DNA from: a virus
Strand: one strand, 5' to 3'
Length of the DNA stretch: 64,000 bases
IMG/VR virus record: IMGVR_UViG_3300009082_000016
Location: 108,724-172,723 of that record
This document shows, piece after piece, positions 7,808 to 17,175 of this stretch (position 1 is the stretch's first letter; each line of letters opens with the position of its first letter). Made by a program: the position numbers and the translations under genes. Under the pieces are notes generated by a model. The model had not been told where the DNA came from. It made no database searches and worked only from the letters and a program-made list of their open reading frames with translations.

Positions 7808-8475
7808 CAGCCTTCCTTCACCAGGCGCTTCGCTCCGGCGATCGTGAAAACGCCGTTGGCCTCGTGGCATCCCCGTCCCGGGCGCCCCTGACCCAACCCG
7901 ATGAACTGGCCGGCATGCTGCACGATGCTCGCCAGGAGATCGAGGCTGACGACGTCCGGCTTGTGGATGACCGTCACCCTCGTGTACCACGGCGGATTGA
8001 AGTGTGGACGGTACACGGTGGCGGGGAAGTGGGTGCGCGTCTCCTCCTTCTTGTCCTTGTTCCCACGGAACACGATGTCCTTGCTGCACATCTCGATGTC
8101 CTCACAGATGATCGGGTACACCCCACTCGGCACGCGAAACAGCCGGATGTTCTCGGCCGGAAGGTGGAGGATCTCCGTCGCCGCCTGGACGAAGCATCCA
8201 TGGAACGCACCCGAAGGGATCCCGAACGGGTGCTTCTTGTCCCCCGTCAGATGCAGGCAGCCCTTCGCCTCATCCTTCGGGTCCAGCTTGGCCGGCTTGG
8301 GAGGGTAGGGCTCTCCCTTGCCGCGCTCGCTCATCGCACGCATGAAATCGGCCAGGGCTGCCCGCGGCTTCCCCGGAATGAAAGGGGCCTCTCCCACGAG
8401 ATCGAAGGCGGTATACCAGAGCTCGAGGGGCTTCAACTTGATCTCCACCTCTTCGGCCTGCATCTTCTTCGTCAT
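7807..8475 (-). CDS. stand-alone Cas7/RAMP-like protein
   Basis: N-terminal FDLVGEAPFI strand; FGIPSGAFHGCF (RAMP IPxSxxKG-like); YRPHF-x3-W; C-terminal Gly-rich loop GQFIGLGQGRPG...NGVFTI. Confidence 0.8.
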   Translation of the reverse strand: MTKKMQAEEVEIKLKPLELWYTAFDLVGEAPFIPGKPRAALADFMRAMSERGKGEPYPPKPAKLDPKDEAKGCLHLTGDKKHPFGIPSGAFHGCFVQAATEILHLPAENIRLFRVPSGVYPIICEDIEMCSKDIVFRGNKDKKEETRTHFPATVYRPHFNPPWYTRVTVIHKPDVVSLDLLASIVQHAGQFIGLGQGRPGRGCHEANGVFTIAGAKRLVKEG

Positions 8476-8483
8476 GTCCTCTC

Positions 8484-8768
8484 CTAGTCTTCGAGGTTGG
8501 CGATCCAGACGAGGCCATCCTCGAAGTGCTGCTCCCTCGCGATGCGGCAGATCTCCTGCCACACATCCTCGGGAATGCTGTCACGGTCCGACCCCTCTTC
8601 GTGGTCGAACGTAATGAACACGTCGCTGTACTCGCCTGGGACTTCGCCCTTCCGGTGCCACGTCGCGATCGGCTTGCCGGAGTTGAGCCAGTCCATGAAG
8701 TCCTTGCGCTGGTACCACTCGGAGGCGTCGATGCGGAGCACCCGCCCGACATACTTGAACACGGCCAT
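8484..8768 (-). CDS. hypothetical protein
   Basis: TGATG coupling; ATWH-x5-PGEYSDVF motif. Confidence 0.65.
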   Translation of the reverse strand: MAVFKYVGRVLRIDASEWYQRKDFMDWLNSGKPIATWHRKGEVPGEYSDVFITFDHEEGSDRDSIPEDVWQEICRIAREQHFEDGLVWIANLED

Positions 8769-8986
8769 CAGCGATCCTTCCCGTAGTACTCGAGGCACTC
8801 CTTGCACCGCAGGAACCCGGCATCGTCATCCTCCGGGTCGCCCTCGAGCACCGCGCCTCCCTGATCGATCTGGAAGGCACCGCAGACCGTGTCCTGGTCG
8901 TTGGACCCCTCGAACTCGCAGTCCTTGCCGCCGGCGCCGCAGTGCTTCCCCTCGAACCGGATGGTCCGCTTGGTCTCAATCTCCAT
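8768..8986 (-). CDS. small Cys-rich protein
   Basis: HC..C..C..RCKEC pattern; GAGGAGG RBS. Confidence 0.6.
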   Translation of the reverse strand: MEIETKRTIRFEGKHCGAGGKDCEFEGSNDQDTVCGAFQIDQGGAVLEGDPEDDDAGFLRCKECLEYYGKDR

Positions 8987-9354
8987 TAGCCCTCCTCATG
9001 CCACACCACCTTGATGCGGTATGTGGTCCCCTCAGGGGTCTCTGCCTCCAGGAAGGAAGGCCACCCATCGAGGGGCACGGACTCGAAAATGAGCCGGCCG
9101 TCCAAGCTGATCTCGAAGGAGCCCCAGTAGTTGTGCTGACCCGAGCAGAGTTTGACGGACACGAAGGCCCCATCGTCCAACCTGACCGCCGGAGCCTCCC
9201 GGGTATCATCGTAGTACGCCCGGGTGCTCCCGTCCCTGGGGGCCGGACCCTTCCGCACCCCCTTCAGGTTCTCCGGGAACACGATGTCGATCAGCTTCTT
9301 CCAGGAACTCGGCAGGACAATCTCACCCCGAACGGGCTGGGTCTTCTTGCCCAT
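8986..9354 (-). CDS. hypothetical protein
   Basis: Coupled ORF with GGAGG RBS. Confidence 0.65.
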   Translation of the reverse strand: MGKKTQPVRGEIVLPSSWKKLIDIVFPENLKGVRKGPAPRDGSTRAYYDDTREAPAVRLDDGAFVSVKLCSGQHNYWGSFEISLDGRLIFESVPLDGWPSFLEAETPEGTTYRIKVVWHEEG

Positions 9355-10013
9355 CAGCCCTCCTCCGCGTCGTCGTGGATGAAACCGGAGCCGGCCGCCA
9401 TCCCCAGCGTCACGTGGGCGCCGGAGTCGACCATCGCCCGCATCGCCTGGCCGAGCTCGAAGCTGCGGCGCACGTTGGCCTTCGCCTTCTCCCGGTCAGG
9501 GCCGGGGGAGTGGAACGCGAGCCGGATGTCGACCTCGCCGCTCGTACAGCGAGCACAACAGGCGGGCATCTTCAGCGTCGGCTCCGGGATGACGTCCAGC
9601 AGGAACCAGACGTCGTCCAGGCCCATCCCGTTGAACCCCGCCATGATCAGGGACGAGCCGATGCACTTGAGCTGCGACTCGCGGTCAGCCGGGGGGATCG
9701 GCGCGGGCTCGGTCCTGTCGACCTTCTTGCCCATCATCTCCTCGAAGTAGCTGTCGGCCATCGCGGCGCCCATCGCCACGTTGTCCACCAGCTTCTGCTT
9801 CCCCTCGGCGATCGCCGCGGCGGCCTCGCTCTCCAGCTCCACCTCGCGCTCCGCACCGGCACCGTAGAGCACCACGGTGATCCCGGCGTCCGCCAGGACG
9901 CCCTCCCACCGGAGTCCGTCCCTGATGCCTTTCCGCTGGAAGTCGAAGCCACACAGGGCGGCGTGCTCCAGGATCGACATCGCCCCCTGCGTCGGGTCCT
10001 TCTTCTCCACCAT
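9354..10013 (-). CDS. hypothetical protein
   Basis: Coupled ORF with GAGGAGG RBS. Confidence 0.65.
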   Translation of the reverse strand: MVEKKDPTQGAMSILEHAALCGFDFQRKGIRDGLRWEGVLADAGITVVLYGAGAEREVELESEAAAAIAEGKQKLVDNVAMGAAMADSYFEEMMGKKVDRTEPAPIPPADRESQLKCIGSSLIMAGFNGMGLDDVWFLLDVIPEPTLKMPACCARCTSGEVDIRLAFHSPGPDREKAKANVRRSFELGQAMRAMVDSGAHVTLGMAAGSGFIHDDAEEG

Positions 10014-10216
10014 CAGCCCTCCTCGAACAGCGCCGCGACGTCATCGTGCGCGTTCCGGTCCAGGATCACCTGCTTCCGGGTCTGCTCTTCGACACGGAGC
10101 CGGTAGCCGTAGCCTCCTGCGGCCTCCGCCAGGCTGGCGAAGTCCCGGCAGAGCCCACGAGGCTCTTCCTTCGGCAGCCACAGGACGAACGTGTGCTTCC
10201 ACAGCTTCTTCGCCAT
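10013..10216 (-). CDS. hypothetical protein
   Basis: TGATG coupling at both ends. Confidence 0.55.
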   Translation of the reverse strand: MAKKLWKHTFVLWLPKEEPRGLCRDFASLAEAAGGYGYRLRVEEQTRKQVILDRNAHDDVAALFEEG

Positions 10217-10815
10217 CAGCCTACCCCCCCTGGCACTACGAAAGTCGGATCGAACAGGGCCAGGTACAGGAACACAGCGTCCACGATCGGTGCCGCTGTC
10301 TTCGGTTCGCGGATGTACCACTCCCAGCCGCAGTAGCCGAGGACGCACAAGCACCCTTCGGCCAGGTCCTTCTTCTCCAGGTACTCGCTGAACGCGAAGT
10401 ACTTGCGGTCGATCTCGCCGGTGCGGTTGCTGATCACCCGCACGAGCAGGCCCTCCCAGTGGTCGTGGGTTCCATGCTCGGACAGCTCGATCACCGCAAC
10501 GCGGTTGTTGTCCATGGGGATGAAGCCCTGCGGCCCGATCCACATGACGCACCCGGGCCACGGGAACGCCTCCCGCGTGAACCGCTGGCGTGAGCCTTCG
10601 GGTTCCCTCACGGCCCCCTTCTTCTCCTTCACGACCCCCTTCTTCTCCTTCACGAGGTACGACAAGGCCCCGCACTCGGGGCACTCGCAGGCAGGCACTT
10701 CCCCGCCGGGCTCGGTGCGCTGCTCGAGATCGGGGATGACGGCGTTCGCGGGGACATTGAACACCTTGCCACAGTCGGCGCACTCCGCCCGCTCCGGCTT
10801 CTTCTCCTTGCCCAT
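10216..10815 (-). CDS. zinc-ribbon domain protein
   Basis: CADCG...EPGGEVPACECPECGAL. Confidence 0.65.
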   Translation of the reverse strand: MGKEKKPERAECADCGKVFNVPANAVIPDLEQRTEPGGEVPACECPECGALSYLVKEKKGVVKEKKGAVREPEGSRQRFTREAFPWPGCVMWIGPQGFIPMDNNRVAVIELSEHGTHDHWEGLLVRVISNRTGEIDRKYFAFSEYLEKKDLAEGCLCVLGYCGWEWYIREPKTAAPIVDAVFLYLALFDPTFVVPGGVG

Positions 10816-11279
10816 CAGCGCACCCCGATCACGGTGAGCAGGCCGAGATCGTCCATGAGGGCAGCCAAGCCCCAGGCACTGTCATCGTCGGGCCCGTCCC
10901 CGCAGGTCCTCTCCCCCACGAACAGCAGCTGCTGGGACTTGTCGTCCGGGTCGTCCCGGCGAACCATGTCCCGGTAGTCGCCGTTGGCCCACATGTCGAC
11001 GAACCGGTCCACGAGCTTGGGCGGCATCTGCTTCACCTTCTCCCGAACTTCCTCCAGCTCATCTGCTTCGGACTTCGGCCCGATACCGAGAGTCACGTAG
11101 CACCGGGCGGCGGAGCTGCTCGTGGCCTTCCCCCACTGGACCAGGAACTCCTTGAACTTCTCCGTCGAACCTCCCAGGTGCATCCGGAGCTCGGTGTAGA
11201 GCTTCTTCGCCTGACGGATCTTCACCCTATGCAGCTTGGCCGGGCCCTTGAGCAGGAACCCGCACAGGTCAGCTCCCAT
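10815..11279 (-). CDS. hypothetical protein
   Basis: AAGGAG RBS; MGADL start. Confidence 0.65.
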   Translation of the reverse strand: MGADLCGFLLKGPAKLHRVKIRQAKKLYTELRMHLGGSTEKFKEFLVQWGKATSSSAARCYVTLGIGPKSEADELEEVREKVKQMPPKLVDRFVDMWANGDYRDMVRRDDPDDKSQQLLFVGERTCGDGPDDDSAWGLAALMDDLGLLTVIGVR

Positions 11280-11280
11280 C

Positions 11281-11715
11281 TCAGTTCTCCTTCCTGCCGA
11301 ATGCGGCGGTTGCAATCAGGATACCGGTCCCGATCTCGCGGACCTGCATCTGCCAGTGGCCGCGGCCCCACTTCTCCTTGGCCCGGCCGCGGGCGCCTGC
11401 CCAGGCGTGGGCCAGGACCTGGTGGGCCAGGCCGAGACGCCCCTTGTACCGGACGTCCCTCTCATCGATGGCCCAGTACTCGATGATGGGCCCGCCGATC
11501 GCCTCCTTCAGCGAACAGAGGAAGGGCCCGTAGGTCTCCCCCGGCATCGACCAGAACGCCTCCGCCCCCACGGGCTCGAGGTCGATGCGCCGCTCCTGCT
11601 GCTCCTTCTGCGCGATTTCCGCCCGCTGCGGGCAGGGCACGCTCGGATCCTGCGGCGGGGCGCACTTGTACTGCCCGTTGTACGGGCAGCCGCTGCACTG
11701 CTCCCGCGCTGTCAT
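11281..11715 (-). CDS. hypothetical protein
   Basis: Coupled ORF with N-terminal Cys cluster. Confidence 0.55.
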   Translation of the reverse strand: MTAREQCSGCPYNGQYKCAPPQDPSVPCPQRAEIAQKEQQERRIDLEPVGAEAFWSMPGETYGPFLCSLKEAIGGPIIEYWAIDERDVRYKGRLGLAHQVLAHAWAGARGRAKEKWGRGHWQMQVREIGTGILIATAAFGRKEN

Positions 11716-11951
11716 CAACCGCCGGCCTCGTCGATGCCGAAGCGGCATCCGCACTCGCAGGTGTAGAGGTCGATGTTCGTCTCGTAGTCGTACGAGCTGT
11801 AGCGGTACTCGCCACATTCGAGGAAGCCGGCCCTGAACGTCTTCCTCTTCGCCTTGGCGGCAGTATCCGAGTTGTCATCGGGGACCACCATCCGCCAGCT
11901 TCGCTGCGTGATGTTCACCCTGCAACGGGGGCAATAGACAGGCTTCTTCAT
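11715..11951 (-). CDS. zinc-ribbon protein
   Basis: CPRC...CECGC. Confidence 0.6.
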   Translation of the reverse strand: MKKPVYCPRCRVNITQRSWRMVVPDDNSDTAAKAKRKTFRAGFLECGEYRYSSYDYETNIDLYTCECGCRFGIDEAGG

Positions 11952-12280
11952 GCCGTGCCCTCTCCTTCCTCGGAATCGACGTTCTCATCATCGCCGGATT
12001 GGAACGGACGGTAGGGGTACAACGGGCAGGCCGGGCTGGTGCAGAGCCGGATCTCGGACCGCACCCAGCACACGCACTCCAAGCAGAACGCCTTCATCGC
12101 CGCCGTGCGGCTCTCGCCGGACATCGCCCGGGCGTAGTTGTTCACGGCGGAAGGTGCCCGCTTCTCCAACTCCAGGATGCGGTCCTGAACCTTCGGGTGG
12201 TCCAGCATGTTCTCCCGCTTCCTGACGCTGCGTCCCTTCTCGGCCAGCGCCTTCCGTGCAGCCTCGAGTGACTTGCTCAT
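11948..12280 (-). CDS. phage Cys-rich hypothetical protein
   Basis: AMKAFCLEC...EIRLC-x4-CPLYPYR motif common in phages. Confidence 0.7.
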   Translation of the reverse strand: MSKSLEAARKALAEKGRSVRKRENMLDHPKVQDRILELEKRAPSAVNNYARAMSGESRTAAMKAFCLECVCWVRSEIRLCTSPACPLYPYRPFQSGDDENVDSEEGEGTA

Positions 12281-14304
12281 AGGTCGATCAGCCTTCCTTT
12301 CTTCGGCGGCGGCTCCTGCTCGTGCTCGGGCTCATCCTGCTCGAAACTCGGGCCATAGTCGATTGCAACGAAGTCCGCTTTCACCCCTTGCACCTCGAGC
12401 GAACCCGAGATCTTGCCGGGTGGCACATAGTTCGGGGGGAAGTACTCCGCCGGCACGGCCGTCTTCTTGAAGATCTCCTTGTTGATCGCCGACGTGATCG
12501 TGTCCTTGGGCGGCACCACGAACGTCGAGAACGCCTTCTCCTTCAAGACGTCGAAACCGTTCAGAACGCTCGCGTCGTACCAATCGGCCAAGCTCTGTGA
12601 GTACATCCACAACTTGTTATCCCCGCGGTTGAGGCGCACTTCGCGATCGTCGCCGGGGGCTGAAGGCACCCAGTCCAACGCGGGCTTCCACACCCACGGC
12701 TTGGCCCCCAGCACCCAGCTCCAGCCCGACGACGTGCCCCCCGCATCACCGGGGAACGGGTTGCTCGGGTTCACGCCGCCCCCCAGCCACCCCTTCGCAT
12801 ACGACTGCACCATCTGGAAGAAGGTGCCGCCGATGTCGAACTCCGCCAACCACTTCTCGAGCACGCCCTTCGGGATGGCAGCGTAGTTGCTGATACCTGG
12901 GCCGAGGTTGTTCACCACCAGTCGGCACCAGTTCAGGAACTTGACGGGGTGAATGTCCATCCGGTACACGTCCCGGAACATCGCCCAGTAGAAGAGCGTC
13001 AAGACCCGGCGGTCGACGAAGACGGAAGACAACTTCATCACCCCTTCCACGACGTAGGAAACGGCGACCTCGTACGGCCCGTCGATCTTCACCTTTGGCC
13101 GGCGATGGAACGCCACGTTGTCGTAGCCGTCGTAGTCTTGCGTGCAGTCGTACCACTCGGTATGCAAAGACGCACCGCTCTCCACCGCCTTTGCCACTTC
13201 GCCCTTCCACTTGAGCCAGCGATCGATCAGCTCCGGAACCGAGAACCCGGTGACCAGCAGGGACTCGGTGTCCACCGACTGCACCGAGTAGGTGATCAGG
13301 TCCATCAAGTCGACGGGCGTCGGGACGTCCGGCATCCCAAGCAGGTACTGGCAACGCTGCCAGAGCTCGTAGTGGCGCAGGCTGATGTTCCAGGTGTACT
13401 CGCGGATGTGCCCCAGCGAGTCCCGCCACCGGTACTCCAGGTTGTAGGTGCCCTCACCCAAGGGGGTGGGCTTGGCCAACAGGATGTGCGTCAGGAACAA
13501 ACTGCCCGCGACTTCATCCACGTCGTCGGAGTCGCTGGTCCTCCACTCGTCGTAGACACTACGCAGCCACGAGAACGACAGGTCCCGACTTCCCATGCCG
13601 CACGTCTGGCAATACTCGATCAGCGCGTAGACGAACTCGGGCTCGGGGGTGTTCGTGGCCCCGGACGACTTCACCCGGTTGTAGAAGGGCGCCACCTTCG
13701 GTGTCACCCACCCCACCGATGTGCCCGTCTTCTTGTGCTGGAACGCATTCCACAGCCCTAACAGCGAGTTCTTGGGCAGGTCACCCAGGCCGGTCATCCC
13801 ACGGGAGACCGACTCCTTGACGAACTCGTCCACCAGCTGCTCCAGGTTCTCCGGGATCGTGCCGCCGAGCGCCTTCATCATCGCCATCCGACCGGAGGTG
13901 ATCGACTGCCAGAAGGCCTTCTTCGGGTTGTCGTCGATCGCGCCCCAGTCGGCGTCCGTCTGGTCACCGAGATTGACGACCTCGTCCAGCTCCTCCATCG
14001 TCGGCAGGATCTTGCACTTCGAGTCGAGCCACAGGTGGAGATAGCTGATCTCAGTCCCAGACCCGGACATATCTGCCGTGTGGGTCAGCTGGTTCAGGAC
14101 CGAGAGCGTGAACATCGGCCACTTCGCCTCGTACAAGCGGCACTCGACACGGCCGTAGGCGATCTTGCCATCGGGGAAGTGGACATGCGCCTCCTTCCCC
14201 GAGTTGAAGTAGGAGGCGAAGCGTGTGTCGAGCTTCTCGACCGAACGGCCCTCCTCCTTCATCTTGAGCAGGAGGGCCTGAAACTTGGACAACTCCAGGC
14301 CCAT
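12277..14304 (-). CDS. large hypothetical protein (675 aa)
   Basis: Long ORF with AAGGAGGG RBS; no recognisable motif. Confidence 0.7.
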   Translation of the reverse strand: MGLELSKFQALLLKMKEEGRSVEKLDTRFASYFNSGKEAHVHFPDGKIAYGRVECRLYEAKWPMFTLSVLNQLTHTADMSGSGTEISYLHLWLDSKCKILPTMEELDEVVNLGDQTDADWGAIDDNPKKAFWQSITSGRMAMMKALGGTIPENLEQLVDEFVKESVSRGMTGLGDLPKNSLLGLWNAFQHKKTGTSVGWVTPKVAPFYNRVKSSGATNTPEPEFVYALIEYCQTCGMGSRDLSFSWLRSVYDEWRTSDSDDVDEVAGSLFLTHILLAKPTPLGEGTYNLEYRWRDSLGHIREYTWNISLRHYELWQRCQYLLGMPDVPTPVDLMDLITYSVQSVDTESLLVTGFSVPELIDRWLKWKGEVAKAVESGASLHTEWYDCTQDYDGYDNVAFHRRPKVKIDGPYEVAVSYVVEGVMKLSSVFVDRRVLTLFYWAMFRDVYRMDIHPVKFLNWCRLVVNNLGPGISNYAAIPKGVLEKWLAEFDIGGTFFQMVQSYAKGWLGGGVNPSNPFPGDAGGTSSGWSWVLGAKPWVWKPALDWVPSAPGDDREVRLNRGDNKLWMYSQSLADWYDASVLNGFDVLKEKAFSTFVVPPKDTITSAINKEIFKKTAVPAEYFPPNYVPPGKISGSLEVQGVKADFVAIDYGPSFEQDEPEHEQEPPPKKGRLIDL

Positions 14305-14316
14305 CGGCCCTCCTTT

Positions 14317-14931
14317 CTACATGCGCCTCCGGTCTTCCTGCATCGTGAGAGGCAGCACGGACACCCGTCCCTGGACGCGGGACCTGGTCTCCTCCGGCGG
14401 CCAGACCATCCAGGCGTAGGTCGTTGCGTCCGTGCCATGGAACTTGAAGCTGGGCCGGTTGGGCAGCACGTACAGGTCGGGCGGGTGCTCCCGTAGCAAC
14501 GCGTTCCGTTGCAGACCCTCGAGGAAACCGACACGCAACAGGAGGGCGATCCACTCCGCCCGCTTGAACAGCATCTCCAGGATGCGCTGGGCCTGCCGGT
14601 ACGGCGGGTTGGTGATGGCCACGTCGAACACCTGGAGAAACAACTGGCTCACCGCCAGGCTGCCGCATACGTCGGCGACGAGCAGGCGGTCGCAGGGCGC
14701 CTTAGCCAGATCGTCCCGGTGGCTGGGATCGATCTCCACCGCGGTCCAGTGGATGGGGTCCTTCCGGACTTCGTTGACCGCCCGGATGATCGCCCCCTTG
14801 CCGGCGCACGGCTCGAGCCATGCGCCCCCCGGCAGCTGCGGCACCGCCTCGAGCAGTCGGTGAACACACCATGCCGGCGTCTCGTAGAAGTCGTGCTCGT
14901 CCCGCTCCCTGCCCCTACCCGTCGCGGACAT
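14317..14931 (-). CDS. orphan DNA N6-adenine methyltransferase
   Basis: DFYETP, LEPCAGKGAI (SAM-binding motif I) and ITNPPY (catalytic motif IV). Confidence 0.9.
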   Translation of the reverse strand: MSATGRGRERDEHDFYETPAWCVHRLLEAVPQLPGGAWLEPCAGKGAIIRAVNEVRKDPIHWTAVEIDPSHRDDLAKAPCDRLLVADVCGSLAVSQLFLQVFDVAITNPPYRQAQRILEMLFKRAEWIALLLRVGFLEGLQRNALLREHPPDLYVLPNRPSFKFHGTDATTYAWMVWPPEETRSRVQGRVSVLPLTMQEDRRRM

Positions 14932-14943
14932 CCGTCACCTCCA

Positions 14944-15342
14944 TCAGACCTTGCCCCGCATCGCCACCCCGAGGAACTCGAGGGCCCGACGCAGCTGGAA
15001 CCCGGACGCGTCCAGCCACGCCCGCTGGAACACGGTGAGTTGCTGGTTGCCCGCCACCTTGCCGGACAGGAACGCGCGGAAGTCCGTCTCCACGCCCGTG
15101 AGGGCCTCGTGGAAACCGGCCGCCTCGTCCAGCACCTCCTTCTGCCGGGCCAGCTCATCCTTCGTCGGCGGCTCGCCGGGGGGCAGGACCAGACGGGTGC
15201 CCAACAGGTCGTCGGTCACCACCTGGCGCATCGGGGAGTCGGACGGCAGCGGCGGGGGCGTCGGCTTGCGCTGTGCCTTCGCCCTCTTCGCCTTCTTCCC
15301 GCCCTGCATCTCCTTCTCGAGGTCATCGTATTCGTCAGCCAT
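14944..15342 (-). CDS. hypothetical protein
   Basis: Tiling ORF. Confidence 0.6.
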   Translation of the reverse strand: MADEYDDLEKEMQGGKKAKRAKAQRKPTPPPLPSDSPMRQVVTDDLLGTRLVLPPGEPPTKDELARQKEVLDEAAGFHEALTGVETDFRAFLSGKVAGNQQLTVFQRAWLDASGFQLRRALEFLGVAMRGKV

Positions 15343-15619
15343 GTCGTTTTCGCGCCTCCATCAGCGCCTTCACTGCCAGCTTGCGGACGGACTCGAGCTC
15401 CGACCGCTTCGGAGGCCGCTTGCCCGTCACGCAGGCGATGAGGTCGCGCAGCGCCAGCTCGCCATCCCTCCGGCTTGCCTGCACCAGCACGCGTACTTCG
15501 CCGCTCGGGTCGGCATAAAGGTTGGCCCCCGAGGCGAGCATCTCGAGCCCGCCCTCGGGGTGCCACCGCGTCTGCATGCCCGCCTTCTGGGCGGCACGCT
15601 CGATCTCAGAGAGGGTCAT
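15335..15619 (-). CDS. hypothetical protein
   Basis: Tiling ORF with AGGA RBS. Confidence 0.5.
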   Translation of the reverse strand: MTLSEIERAAQKAGMQTRWHPEGGLEMLASGANLYADPSGEVRVLVQASRRDGELALRDLIACVTGKRPPKRSELESVRKLAVKALMEARKRHG

Positions 15620-15857
15620 CGGGTTCCTGCGAGCGGTCGAGATCGCCCATCTGCGAGGCAATCTCTTCCCACATCGAATACTGCGTGCTGTCGATCTCGT
15701 CGTCCCGGACAGCATCGAGTGTCAGGCCCTCGTGACTGCAACCGACGTGGACCTGGTCCTTCCCGCCCTCGCCGAGGCCTTCGACGATCACCTTCACGCT
15801 GTTGCGAGGAGAGGCGCCGAGCGGCTCCCCGTCGACGAGGACCTTCAACCGCACCAT
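15606..15857 (-). CDS. hypothetical protein
   Basis: TGATG coupling; GGAGG RBS. Confidence 0.55.
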   Translation of the reverse strand: MVRLKVLVDGEPLGASPRNSVKVIVEGLGEGGKDQVHVGCSHEGLTLDAVRDDEIDSTQYSMWEEIASQMGDLDRSQEPDDPL

Positions 15858-16777
15858 CAGAGCTTCCTCCCGGCGAACGACTCCCGGCCTGGCCACTTCT
15901 GAACCTTCGGGTAGAGCCGCGGGGCCTTCTTCGACAGCGGCTCCTGCCACACCAGGACCGGCAGCTGGGACCTGCCCAGCATGCCGACCCACAGCTCGCT
16001 CAGAACGTCCAGCGGCAGTACCGCCCGATCCGTCGACGCCCCGGTCTCGGGGTAGTTCGCCGCGGCGAGCGCCGTCTCGGGCGACGGCGCCACCACCACC
16101 TCGGCCATCATCCCCTTCGGTGACCGGGAGATCACCAGCCACTTCGGCGGCGCCTTCTCCGTCTGCGCCTTCTCCTCGGCCAAAGCGTCCGCGATGATCT
16201 TGTCGTACGCCTTCTTCTGGGCATCCGGCGTCGTCGCCGCCGCGACCATCAGCCCCTTGGCGTAGATGATCATGTTGGTCGACGACGTCAGCGGCCAGCA
16301 GTCGTGGACCCCGCGGTGCAGGAGCCGGTTCAGGACTTCCAACTTCCAGGCCGCGGACTCTTCACACAACGTGAGCAGCTTGTAGGTCGCCCCGATCCCG
16401 ACCGTGCAGGCCGGGTCCAGGTTCTCGAAGAACCCGATCGCGTCACGGAACCGCTGCCCGTTGTTCCCAATGCGCCCCAGGAAACGGTCGAAGACCTCGC
16501 TCTCCCAGGTGTACGGATTGAGCGTCGGACCCAGGACCGAAAACGCGACGCGGCCGACTGCCAGGGTCCACATGACGGACTCGTCCCCCCGGCCCAGCTT
16601 GATCTCGCGGTCCTCTTCGTTCAACAGGGTGCCGTAGACCGACGCCCGACGCCGCGGGTCCGCGTGCAGAAGCGAAGGGAAGTAGCCCGCGCTCGCAATG
16701 CCGTACGGCCGGCGCACGAGCTGCTGGATGAAGGCCTCCACGAACTTGGGGTCCTGGACGTCGTCGAAGGTGCTCAT
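15857..16777 (-). CDS. hypothetical protein
   Basis: TGATG-coupled 306-aa ORF. Confidence 0.65.
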   Translation of the reverse strand: MSTFDDVQDPKFVEAFIQQLVRRPYGIASAGYFPSLLHADPRRRASVYGTLLNEEDREIKLGRGDESVMWTLAVGRVAFSVLGPTLNPYTWESEVFDRFLGRIGNNGQRFRDAIGFFENLDPACTVGIGATYKLLTLCEESAAWKLEVLNRLLHRGVHDCWPLTSSTNMIIYAKGLMVAAATTPDAQKKAYDKIIADALAEEKAQTEKAPPKWLVISRSPKGMMAEVVVAPSPETALAAANYPETGASTDRAVLPLDVLSELWVGMLGRSQLPVLVWQEPLSKKAPRLYPKVQKWPGRESFAGRKL

Positions 16778-17175
16778 CAGTGTTCCCCGGGGAGGAGGAC
16801 GACCCAGACGGGCTCCCCACCGACCTCGCCCGGCTCGACCCAGAGCTTGATCTCCGGCAGATCGAAGTCGACGAAGTCGAACTTCTGCGTGACCACGGGC
16901 TTCTTGTCGCTGTCGGGGATGCAGGTCAGCAGCGCCGACTTGTTGGCCTTCACCTTCAGCTCCCAGACCTGGAAGTCCCGACACATCTCGTCCGCGGCCG
17001 CGGCCTTCTCGACCTGGCTGGCGATGGCGTTGATCAGCCAGAAGGCGCCATTCTTCCCGCCCTTCTCGGCGACGTAGTGCGCCCCGTCCGTGAGCACGAC
17101 CTTGGGGAACAGCGGGCGCAGGCTGTAGTAGGCCTCCGTCCCGCAGAAGCCGTCGAGCGTCCTTTGGTCGATCAT
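16777..17175 (-). CDS. DUF6876-like protein
   Basis: FCGTEAYY...LTDGAHYVAE...AFWLINAIAS...DFDLPEIKLW...LLPGEH. Confidence 0.75.
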   Translation of the reverse strand: MIDQRTLDGFCGTEAYYSLRPLFPKVVLTDGAHYVAEKGGKNGAFWLINAIASQVEKAAAADEMCRDFQVWELKVKANKSALLTCIPDSDKKPVVTQKFDFVDFDLPEIKLWVEPGEVGGEPVWVVLLPGEH

